Of a stretch of 64,000 bases of DNA, positions 1 to 11,175 are shown piece after piece. Every line of letters begins with the position of its first letter. Positions within the stretch are counted from its first letter, which is position 1. The notes below the pieces were generated by a model, which saw only the letters and a list, made by a program, of their open reading frames with translations, was not told the origin of the DNA and did no database searches. This DNA is from Lama glama (taxonomy: Eukaryota), in assembly GCA_028534125.1 (NCBI GenBank), contig CM052817.1, forward strand, positions 86,616,001 to 86,680,000, given 5' to 3'. A program made the translations under genes and the position numbers.

Positions 1-979
1 GGGGACCAACACACACGGAATTGATTCCAAATGACGTGTGACAGACATATCTCCTTCATGGTTCACCTTTTGCCTCCAGAGTCCATCTTTTAGCTCAGAA
101 GATATTGGTAATCTTGCAAGTTTCTCTTATTCATTCTGTCTGGTCCTTCATGCAGTAAGTACATTATTTCAGAACTCCTAAAAAATTGTGGTATGTATAT
201 AAAAGTCTTAAGTAAAATAAAGAAAGCAAAGCAATACACTATTTTTAGTATTACATGAGCTAGTTTTTAAAATTTTTGAGGAGTGACACCTCTGCTCACA
301 CTACCATGTGTGGCATTTCCCCCTTACATCTTTATCAATAAAAAGCAAAAAATGAAAAAAAAATGAAATAAAACCCGCACACAAACATACAAATCTTATT
401 TTTTCTGAGTTTTATTATGCTACCTCAGTTCCTCTGAAATAAGGTATGCGACCTAAACTGGTAAATTGATAAACTGTCTGATATTATGTGGGGTTTTTTT
501 CGTAAAAAATGGACCTCTAGGGCACTTAAAAAGTAAAATGTTTATTTCATTATGGCTCATAACATGCACACTGGTGAAGTTTTTCTCTCCAGGCCTCCTC
601 ACAGCCCTCTGTGTCCAGGGCTGTCTCGTATCACTGGGTTCCTTGCTCAGGCGTGGTTAGGGAGCTGTGTACCCTCAGCAAAGGCCTTGTTTGCCTCCAT
701 GGTATAAAAATATACATAAATTAAGGTACATATTAGTGAATTATTATAAGGACACATCTGTTTCACAGCTTACAGTCCAGAAAGAGTGCTGCCAGGATCC
801 AGGCTCCCCAGGTTCCCTCATTCCCTTTCCAAATCATGATCCCCTAACATTTTCCTGATTTTTATTATAGTCACTTTGAACATATATTTATACTTATGTC
901 ATCCCCCAGGTGTCTCTAATTATGACTTTTTGGACCAATTTTTTATTTTGTATTAATGGAAGTACACAGTATATTTCTT

Positions 980-1570
980 GTAATGGAGATCGGCTAAAGA
1001 TAAATTTTCTGAACTCTTGCTTATCTGGAAAAATGTGTCTTTGTTTTTGAGGGATATTCTTTCATGTTACACAATTCTAGATTTTTTTTTTCCTTCTGTC
1101 CTTTTAAAGGTGTGATTCCATTGCCTCTAGTTTCCATTGTTTCAGATCAGATGTCAACAATTATTTTTTATTACTGTTTTCTGAATTTAATATGTCCTTC
1201 CTAAATTCTGTTTTTAAGATTATCTCTTTGTCTTTGGTTTTCAGAGGTTTTTCTTCGAGATGCCTAGGTCTGATTTTCTGCTTTTATCTTACTAGAGGTG
1301 TGTTGAACTCCTTGGAACTAAACTCAGTTTAGAGCAGTCTCTATCATTATCTTGTCAAATATTTCTTCTGTCTCATTTTATTGTCCTTCTTGAAATGCAG
1401 TTAGTATGTTAAAATATTTTATATTATGCCACAGGTCTTGGCTAATTTTAATTTTTAAACTATTTTTCCTTATTATGTTTCTGTTTGGATGATACCTATT
1501 ACTCTGCTATCAAGATTACTTACTCTTCCTCTTGTTACATTCAGATCATAAAATGATGTCTTCATTTCTA
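980..1570 (-). mobile_element. Ancient L1 (L1M/HAL1-type ORF1 region) fragment
   Basis: T-rich antisense ORF1-like text (ttccattgcctctagtttccattgtttcag...ctctttgtctttggttttcag...gatgcctagg); by-eye recognition. Confidence 0.55.
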
Positions 1571-1897
1571 ACAAGATATTTTATGAATAAATAATCTCAT
1601 CACCAAGAATGTTATCCTGTGTATATATACTATATATGTAATAAAATATATATAAAATATATGCAATGAAGGTTTTAGAATAAATACATAAGAAAACAGC
1701 ATATAATTGAGAATTGGTTAACTTAATAATGAGAAAGAACAAAGAGAAAGGTACACTAAAATTTCACAAAAAAATTGTCTGCAGATACTTTTAAATTAAA
1801 CATTGTTCAGTATTGAATTAAACATTGGTTCAAAATAAAAGATGAGAGAAATTAAGATTTAAAATAAGGAAATACAGAATTTTTTTAAAAGGAGATT

Positions 1898-2389
1898 TAC
1901 AGGAAGGCAGAATAATGGCTCTCCAGAGATGTCCATATTTAACCCCCAGAATTTGTGAATAGGTTATATGGATGGCAAAAGAGATTTTGCAAATGTGCGT
2001 AAGTTATAAGTTTTACAATAAGGACATCATAGTTGATTATCTCTGTGGGCCCAATATAATCACAAAGATTTTTAAAAGATGAAAGAGAGCTGCAGAAGAC
2101 TCAGACAAGGGAACATAATGATAGAAACCAAGGTCAGAGTGATTTGACAGCTGATGGATGATGGGGCTTCAAGCCAAGGAATGCAGGTCACCTCTAGAAA
2201 ATGGAAAAGTCAAGCAAGGGGATTCCTCTCTTGGAGTCTTCACAAAGAAATGCAGCCCTGCTCTCACCTTGATTTTTATCTTGGTGAGACTCATTTTGAA
2301 TTCATGATCTCTAGAATTATGAGGTAATAACTTACTATAAGCCACCAATTTTGTGAAATTTCTTACAGCAGCAATAGACAACTAATACA
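1898..2389 (+). mobile_element. MaLR solo LTR, MLT1D-like
   Basis: Starts aggcagaataatggc, contains caagccaaggaatgcagg and gcagccctgc..caccttgatttt, ends acagcagcaatagacaactaataca. Confidence 0.85.
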
Positions 2390-2423
2390 CATCGATGCCT
2401 ATTTGAGTTATTACTTTTTTTTT

Positions 2424-2950
2424 AAGAAAAAAACAAACAACCCAATCCAAAAATGGGCAAAAGACCTAAACAAGCAGTTCTCCAAGGAAGAAACACAAAT
2501 GATCAATAGGTACATGAAAAAATGCTCAGTATCACTAATTATCAGAGAAATGCAAATCAAAACTACAATGAGGTATCACCTCACACCAGTCAGAATGGCC
2601 ATCATTCAAAAGTCCACAAACGACAAATGCTGGAGAGGCTGTGGAGAAAAGGGAACCCTCCTACACTGCTGGTGGGAATGCAGTTTGGTGCAGACACTGT
2701 AGAAAACAGTATGGAGAGTCCTCAAAAGACTAGGAATAGACTTACCGTATGACCCAGGAATCCCACTCCTGGGCTTGTATCCAGAAGGAACCCTACTTCA
2801 AAATGACACCTGCACCCCAATGTTCACAGCAGCACTATTTACAATAGCCAAGACATGGAAACAGCCTAAATGTCCATCAACAGATGGCTGGATTAAGAAG
2901 CTGTGGTGTATTTATACAATGGAATACTATTCAGCCATAAAAACCGACAA
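2424..2950 (+). mobile_element. Young L1 fragment, ORF2 C-terminal cysteine-rich region (disrupted)
   Basis: Translates as [19 protein letters not shown]...[23 protein letters not shown]...[18 protein letters not shown] and MFTAALFTIAKTWKQPKCPS...YTMEYYSAIK, the canonical L1 ORF2p end. Confidence 0.97.
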
Positions 2951-3246
2951 TCTTACTTTTACATTTTAATCAATATCTGTTTCAATCATAAAAAGCATTG
3001 CATTACTTGTCCTTATGTTTAAGGGGAAAATAAAAAAACAACAGAGAGGTTAAATTTGCAAAATGGAGTTTTCTTTAAAACTTCCATGGATTATAATGAT
3101 GAAATATAGGGATTATACTTTCTTCTATAAATGTTGTACAGTTTTTGATTGATTCTTTTTTATACATAAATCCACAGAGAAGCAACAATCCATTGAATAA
3201 GTACTGTCCCTGTGTTACTATTATTATAATGTTTTTTAAAAAGTGT

Positions 3247-3831
3247 TGTGCAGGAAAGGGTGACTCAGCACAAATGAGTTGCTTAACACCTGCATGTTAT
3301 CAAGAACAGCCTGTCTTCAGAACTGCCCATTTACTGTCTCCTGGGAGATGAGGACTAAGCCCTTGAATATTGTCCCTGATAATGATCATTTTTGTATGCT
3401 TGAGGCTTTGGACCAAGATACAGCAATCTGATCTAAGAATTAAGACTAAATAGTGATTTACAGGGAACATCTCTTTTTGCTCTGGAGTATCGGAGTGTGA
3501 GAAGCTGAGATCAGTCATGCCAGTGCTGCATGCCCACATGATTGACCCAATAAACACCCTGGAGCTTAGGCGAGCTTTTCTGGTTGGCAATACTTTGCAC
3601 ATGTTGTCACACACAGTTGATGGGAGAAATAAATTCTTCCATGTGACTTTACTGGGTTAGGACACCTGGACACTTGCTTCCTGTTTTCTTGGAATTTGCC
3701 TCATGCACCTTTCACTTTGCTGACTTTAGTCTGTATCTTTTCAGTGTCATAATCGTAACCATGAATATAACCATTTTTTAAGAAACTTCTTGCGAATCAT
3801 AGTAACTATGAATGACTTTGAGATCTCTCAG
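3247..3831 (+). mobile_element. ERVL-type solo LTR, MER77/MER21-like
   Basis: tgtgcaggaaagggtgactcagca start, cctgggagatgag..taagccct motif, ttggcaatacttt gcacatgttgtcacaca and tttgctgactttagtctgtatcttt blocks. Confidence 0.7.
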
Positions 3832-5917
3832 CCCTATAATAAAATGTTTTCTCTTTATGTATCAAACCGTACCATTCTAATGTGTATATGATTAAGATTA
3901 CAAAGGCTTTTAAGAAAATCAGTTATTAACAAACATATAATGGTTTCCATAAATTGGAAATATAACTTAAAACATAGCTAACATCTGAATGACTCCTATT
4001 TTCCAAGCACCATGACAAGAGCTTTGCAGGATGAAGGGCTCTTTTTCTATGTGATTAAAATCCATGATGTGAGTGTTCTATTTCAAAAATTAAGAAAATT
4101 TGATCATTCCCTAAATAGTGTTATTAGGCAAAACTGACTTTCAGCAATTATTCTATACTGTGTAATGCACTTCAGAACATTGATTAGAACAATGTCAATT
4201 AATTTGAATAGTGAAGTATACTTTTCAATGATAGTGCTTCCTTCTGTCATATGAATACCTATTAAACTTTAATTTTATTCATGTACTTTATGAGTAATAT
4301 GTATGTATTATGGCTCATTCAGTGGCCATGCCTTCAGCAAAGAAGAGAAAAGAGTTAAATAGCAGTAAGCAGTATGGTGCTATAAGTGAATGCAGGAAAT
4401 GACGAATAGTGGCCTATTTTTTAAGTAAATTTAGTAGTGGAATTCATATCTTCTTACATACCAGCATTGAAATACACCCACACAATTAAGTGATGATCTG
4501 ATTTATGTACGTTATAAATTAAATCATTTATTTACACAATACTAAAATTGTTGACTATCTTGTTTGGTATTTATTCATTGGAATAACGATTTTACTTATA
4601 CTTTCATAGTAGAAAGCGTTAGAAAAAGACTTTTAAACCCCAGACAATTACTTCCTTGCCTCTGGGATACCATGACTCAGAAAAGCTTCACAAAGAATGT
4701 AAGTACTAGTTCAGCTTTTCTTTAGTAACTCTTGCCTTGCTTTTGTTTCAAAAGGTGATACAGTCCATTTCTCGAGGGAATTCTGGTGGAGACAGTTACC
4801 AAGGCAAAATAACTCTAAAAAAATCCATGCTTCAAACAAGAGGTATGTGTTTTTTGTTCTGTGTGTGTATATGTGTGTGCAGGAAAGCATACCTTCAAAA
4901 TCTCTAAAGCCAGAATAACATTAAGAAATAATGTTTTTGATTTTATTGCATTACATTGATCTCCTGTGTCACATAAAACTGATAGTTGAATTTTCACTGT
5001 TTTTAGTGAGCTAGACTGAAACTGGTAGCAACTCAGCTTCTCTTGATGCTAAATAGAACTATTAAAAAAAACAGAGATGAGGATAAGGCTATTTTCTTTC
5101 CCAGGACTTGACGCTCTACTGCCACTACTTAATTTTCAATTCCCTACTCCCAGCAAGTTGCCAAAAAACAAAATTACACTGCTCCAAACAAACAAACAAA
5201 CAAACAAAAAAAACTGTGAAGCCATATTAATATTTTATTTAAAAAATTATTACCAGGAAACTACCTTTTCAAGTGCTTATGTTTGAGCTATCCTAAATCT
5301 GTGAATACTTTAAATTATCATTATATTATTATACAATACTAAAAAAAGTCTCATAATTCTTAATGTAAAAGTATTTCTCACAAATAAATAATCCATCTAG
5401 TGGTAATTAATTAAATACTTACCAGTAAAATTTAATGTTTTCTATAGTATATTAATATAGACAACCAAACAGACATTGAAAAAATTTGAATCTAAAGACT
5501 ATTTGCTGCATAAGTGTAAGAATTAAATAGACATTATTAACATTATTTTTAGTTGATTTAATAAAAATTCAAATAGTACACCATGTTCTAGGACATTGAA
5601 CCATTCTTCTCAAATGAGCTGGCATGTATAAAAATTTGGGGAAAATAAATCTAATATTGTGATTATCTAACCATTATTACAGCATAAATTTAAATAAGTA
5701 AATTAGATATTAAAATTGTAAAGAAACCATAATACAGCCAATTTGAAAGCATTTTCCATCATTTAAAAATGATAGTGATATTAATAATTTATATAATAGA
5801 TTTTCAACTTAATATCAATATGTTAAAGTCTATGTATAAGATACTGGTGGTCCTGAAGATGTCCTTGAATCTCTGTGCACAAAAGATCTTTACATTTGTA
5901 AACTGATTAAGGTAGAA

Positions 5918-6081
5918 AAGTGCTCCTCAAATGTTAATGTGAAAACATATAACCTAATGGTCTTGTTAAAAATGCATTCTCAGATTGAGTAGGTCTAGGA
6001 TGGAGTTTCAGAGAGCATTTCTAACAGACCTCCAAGTAATGCCCATGGTCTTGGTTTAATGATCACAATTTGAAAAGCAAG
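5918..6081. mobile_element. hAT-Charlie MITE, MER5-like
   Basis: cttgttaaaaatgca..gattgagtaggtctagga..gcatttctaacag..cccatg..cacaatttgaaaagca core. Confidence 0.75.
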
Positions 6082-7152
6082 AGTTAGATGACCCTGCTGT
6101 ATATTTACTCTTTGACTCTTAATCTATAGTTCCAGACCTGCAGGAAAGAATGAAATAATAAAGCTATTATATGACAATGTTATTTTAATGGCAGAGGTCA
6201 AAATAAATTGGCTTCTTGTCTAATAAGAGATCTGAATTGATTTTAAATATGGGAAAGGGAAAGTTCTGCACAGAAAAAAAATCACTTTGTTGTTCGTATT
6301 GAAAGCTGGAGGAGATTTCAGGATACAGATACTGGAAAGAAGAGTTTTGTTTGAAGAGGAAACAGCAATCAGAGTGAGTAAGGAACTGTGGAAAATTTGG
6401 AGAGACTGTCATACGGTCATGTGAGTGTAGAACGTATGGCAGAGTGTTGGAGAACCAGGGATATATAGTTGTTTGTACATTTTAAGTCAGTCTTATAGGC
6501 CATTCTGAGAAATTAAAAATAGCAATTTGGTGCATTTTGCATAGGCACTGTTTTTATGCTTATCTATGTATTTTTTAAATCAGAGGACAGAAAGTTCAAC
6601 AATGTAGCATTTATTTGCTCTGTAGAATAGTTCCCAGAAAAGAGCCTGTACTAATTCTACACTATATGAAAACAACTTCGAAATCACTTCTCAATCCTAT
6701 CAGACCCAACGTCTCCTCCTTACAACAAATATATTTAGTGTTACTTCTATTACACTGAAATGAGATGCGTAGAGATGATCATCTAAGAACAATCAAGCAT
6801 TTTAAACTATTATGGTGTACTAATTTTAGCAAAAAGGAGAAATAAAGGGGAGATACTTATTTCAGTGTCTGAATATCTAGACTGAACTATGTAAATAGTA
6901 TAATAAAGTAGTAAGTTGCTTGCATCTACATGTAGAGTAAACTCTAAATGTAAAAGCTACAGATGCAGATCAATAAAGACTGACTTTCCTGTTAATTCAA
7001 ATACCATAAACAGTGACCTGTAATCATCTGCTAAATGATGAACAATATTTGCTCACACTGCCAACAAAATAAAGTACAATATTCCTTAAACACATGTGAG
7101 ATTGAATTCCTAATAATTCTGTTTATATTAAAATTATGCACACACTAGTTGG

Positions 7153-7704
7153 TGAGGCAGGAAGCCCCATAAAAAGACTGGCAGGACCCCTAGGCAAGGC
7201 CGCTGCTCTCCTCCCACTAGCATCCAGTTCCCTGGCCCAGAGCCTCTATCTCACTTTTTGACTCTAAAGCGGCTAACTTACACCTAGAATTCTATTGGTT
7301 CCCTGAGCTCACTTTCCTTCACTCCTGATTGGTTATTATTCTCACTTCTGATTGGTTATTACTCTCACTTCTGATTGGTCCACTTCCCTAACTTCTGACT
7401 GGTCCATTTGTAGTACTTCATTTGCATGGAGCTTACTCCTGATTGGTCTATTTCTACAAAGCTTGTTCCTGGTTGGTCAACTTCTGTTGCACTTTATTTG
7501 CATATGATGTTGCAAAGTGTAAAACTGGCAGCCTATAAAAGGGCTGTGAAAACCTACAGATGGGGTCCAGAGTTTGAAGTGTTAACTCCTCTGGGCTTGC
7601 TGGTGTAATAAACCTGAGTTCTCCAATTCTCTGAGTGCTGCTTGGTCTCTTGCCCGGATCCAGGTTGCTGTCACAACTGAGCTGTAACACTGAGCTGTGA
7701 CACA
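7153..7704 (+). mobile_element. ERV solo LTR with tandem CCAAT boxes, octamers, TATA and polyA signal
   Basis: TG...CA ends. ATTGG at 7294, 7328, 7351, 7374, 7442; ATTTGCAT at 7420 and 7496; TATAAAA 7534-7540; AATAAA 7607-7612. No clear TSD, so ends are approximate. Confidence 0.8.
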
Positions 7705-8582
7705 TTTTTCCTCAATAAGTGCATGATATTGTGTTTATATAAAAATCAGAGTGATGTTCTAGGTGAAGGTAATTAATAGCCATTTTTTTCATATACATGG
7801 ATGACTTACAGGATGTACAGACCATGTGCAGGATGGGCAGTAAATCTGCAGTGGCTCTACTGAGCAATATTTATTGTATCAAAAACACAAAACTAAGAAT
7901 TCAGAGCCTTTATTTAATTTAAAAGTAACTTTAAAAATGCAGCATAAAAGCTTTATCAAAGTTTTCTTTCCTGATGAGACTTTTAAAAAATGTAACTATT
8001 TCTTGGATATCAATTTTGGGAACTTCTAACAGTATATATGCAATCATTTATTATGTATTACAAAACATTTGTTTTTAAATGCAGGCATTTAATCTATCTT
8101 AACTTGAAACTTTTAGTGTCTTTTCAGATCCTTTTGTCAAGTTATATAATTAAGTCTAAAGTCTCACTGTAAACTTAATGACATTAACATTCATTAATGC
8201 TACTTAATAGTAAATTGTGCATCATTAATGGATTAACATAGTGGATTAACTCTGTAGGGGCTCTTCCTTAAACTGAAAACTCAGTTTCTACTGTGGATTT
8301 AAAAAGAAAACACTAAATAGATCCATAAGATGTATTAGTAAGTATCTGCAATTACTGTAAATATAGAAAATGTTAGATAAAGAATCTTTTACAATAGCAG
8401 AAGCTTTATCAATTGCTTTTTATGGGAATGTATTATCAAATGAATATGTTGTCACTTTTTAAGAAACAGAATGTAGACTTTAAAGGCAGCTATGAGACTT
8501 TATATTATTATAAATGTAAAACAATGCAGAAATTTTTCAGGTTGACTCATCTTCAGAATATATCAGTTAAAAATATCTAACT

Positions 8583-8875
8583 TCATTCATCCCTCAATGC
8601 TCACTTAGGTTGTTTCCATGTCTTAGCTATTATAAATAATGCTGTTGTGAACATGGGGGTGCAGACAACCTCTGTGAGATAGTGATTTTGTATCCTTCAG
8701 ATATATTCCCAGAAGTGGCATTGCTGGATCATATGGTAGTTCTATTTTCTAATTTTTTGAGAAACCTCCATGTTTTCACAGTGACATGTTCTCCAGATCC
8801 TCACCAGTATTTGTTATCTTGTTTTTTGATGATAGCCATTTTAACAGGTGTTAAAAAGGTGAAATCTCATTGTGG
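8583..8875 (-). mobile_element. L1 (L1MA9-like) inverted 5' segment, ORF2 end
   Basis: Antisense L1 text: cacttaggttgtttccatgtcttagctatt...agaagtggcattgctggatcatatggtagttctatttt...gatagccattttaacaggtg. Confidence 0.9.
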
Positions 8876-9553
8876 AATATATATATGTATATATATTATA
8901 TGTATACACACACGTATACACATATATAATATATATTATATATACATACACACACGAAATTCATCCATAAAAAAGGAAATTTGGGACAATATGAACAGAT
9001 CTTGAGGACATTATGCTAAGTGTAATAAGTCAGAGAAAGACAGTGTATGATCTCACTTATATGTGAAGATCATACTGTAAAGAAAAAGAAGGCAAAAATC
9101 AACCAACCAAGCAAACAAACAAAAAAACCACACCAAAACCAGTAACAACCCCAAACTCGTAGAAAAAGAGATCAGATTTGTGCTTACCAGAGGTGGGGGA
9201 TGACAGGGGGCACGTGATGGAGGTGGTCAAAAGCTACAGACTTTCAGTGGTAAGTACTGGTGGTGTAACATGACGACTGTAGTTAACACTGCTGTGTAGA
9301 ATGCTTTGAAGTTGTTAAGAGAGTAAATCCTAAGAGCTCTCATCACAAGGAAAAATATACCTGTTTTCTTCTTGCTTTCTCTCTCTCCCCTACCTTTTTT
9401 TTTTTTTTTTGATATCTATATGAGATGATGGATGTTAACTAAACGTGTTGTGGTAACCATGCATTTCACAGTACATGCAAGTCAAGTCATTATGTTGTAC
9501 ACCTTAAATTTTCACAGTGCTGTGTATTACTCTCATCTCAGTGAAAATGGGAT
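8871..9553 (+). mobile_element. L1 (L1MA9-like) 3' end, sense segment, with AT/CA microsatellite expansion at 8876-8955
   Basis: cttgaggacattatgctaagtg..., gagtaaatcctaagagctctcatcacaagg..., gatgatggatgttaactaaac..., tgtacaccttaaa 3' UTR motifs. Confidence 0.9.
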
Positions 9554-9674
9554 AAAAGCCTAACTGTTCTGTGCAAAAGAAACAGGGATATTTCTTGATA
9601 TTTGAGAAGAGCGAAACCATGTAAATAGTAAACAAGGTAAAACGACACTCTTTTATGACATTTGGTACATTATG

Positions 9675-9990
9675 TTCTGACAGCCAGGCTCCAGGGTGGT
9701 CCCCAATGATCCTCGCCTTTTTATATCTGCAGCCTTGTGTGGTTTTCTCCTATTCTGTACCAAGATGGGTCTGTGTGGTCAATAGACTATGTTAGAAATG
9801 TTGCTGTATCATTTCCAAGATTAGGCGGTAAAAGGCATTTCTCCTTCCTTCCTGTTCTCTCTCAGATCACTTGCTGTGGGGGAGCCAACTGCCACATCAT
9901 AAAAACATTCAAGTAACCTTGTGAAGAGGACAGGATGGCAAGGAAATAAGGTCTTCTTGCCCATGCCCATGAGACGGCTGATAAAGATGC
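9675..9990 (+). mobile_element. MaLR LTR fragment, MLT1F-like
   Basis: ggtggtccccaatgatcctcgcct, gtggtcaatagactatg and tcacttgctgtgggggagccaactgccacatc motifs. Confidence 0.7.
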
Positions 9991-10094
9991 CTTTTATTTT
10001 TATCAACAGACAATATATGTGACGTAATCTGAATACAAATCACTCTATGCAGTTCCTTAGTCATCTTCTCTCTTTTAAAATTGATTTATAATTT

Positions 10095-11175
10095 TTAACA
10101 GAATTTATTTTTTTTAGGTCAGTCTTAAATTCACAGCAAAATTGAGTGTAAAACACAGAGTTTTTATATACCTTCTGCCCCTACACGTGCATCGCCTCCC
10201 CCATCATCAATATCCCCCACACTGTTACAGCTGATAAACCCACATTAACACAGCATAGTCCCCCAAAGTCATAGTTTACATTATGGTTCACTCTTGGTGT
10301 TATATATTCTTTGAGTGTAGACTGATATATGATTACAGGTATCCATCATTACAGTATCATACAGAGTAGTTTCACTGCCCTGAAAATCCTCTATGCTCTG
10401 TGTAATTATCTGTCTTTCCCTCCTAACCCTGGGCAACCATTGATCTTTTTATCATCCCCATAGTTCTGTCTTTTCCAGAATGTCATGGAGTTGAAATCCA
10501 ACAGTATATGTGATTGACTTCTTTCACTTAGTAATATGCATTTGTTTCTTATCTTTACACACCTCAATGGCTCATTTCTTTTTAGTACTAAATAAACTTC
10601 CATTGTCTGGATTGTCAACTAAAAATTGGCACATTCCATTTACCCCTACAAGGATTAAATCATGAGCCGCTGCAGCCACTGACCTTCAGCACACCCTGCA
10701 AGGAATTCAGGGTGGAGATCAGGAACGAGGCACTCTGCGCTCTGGAAAAAAGAAAAAAGAAAAAAAAAATTGGCAGAACAGGACTTTAGATAGATATTTT
10801 CAGGAGAAGAATTTATGAGCCCATATTCTTACATCTCCTCATATCTAGAAAATCACTAAAATCATTAACAGTGACGTCTGCTCTTCGTGACTAGCAGCAA
10901 GCCTCTGCCTAAACGTGTGCTTGACTGTGTGTAACCCTCTTTCACTAAGATCATATATAATACTGAGCTCCCACCCTGCCTCTTCAGAGCAGTTCTCAGA
11001 GCTAGCTGAGATGCTGTCTCCTGGGATATAGTCCTCATTCTGCCCCAAATAAAACTTAGTTCACAGCTTCCACGTTGTGCATTTTTTTCAGTTGACATGA
11101 TGACCCACAGTTATTTATCCATTCACTTTTGAAAAATACCTTGGTTGCGCTCAGGTTTTAGCAATTGTGACTAAG
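10095..11175 (-). mobile_element. L1MC-like 3' end, interrupted by an LTR at 10613-11097
   Basis: ttcacagcaaaattgag..., catagtttacattatggttcactcttggtgtt..., cttctttcacttagtaatatgcatt; resumes after the LTR with cacagttatttatccattcac. Confidence 0.85.
10613..11097 (+). mobile_element. ERV1-class solo LTR (MER41-like, by recall) nested in L1
   Basis: Terminal inverted repeats TGTCAACTAAAAA / TTTTTCAGTTGACA, near-TSD ggat/tgat, AATAAA near 11048. Confidence 0.85.

Noticed and set aside
2403..2969. ORFs with clear protein similarity
   Set aside because: Disrupted L1 ORF2 fragment, not a host gene.
7321..7405. 23-bp periodic repeats superficially like a CRISPR array
   Set aside because: No unique spacers, mammalian context, located in an LTR U3 region.
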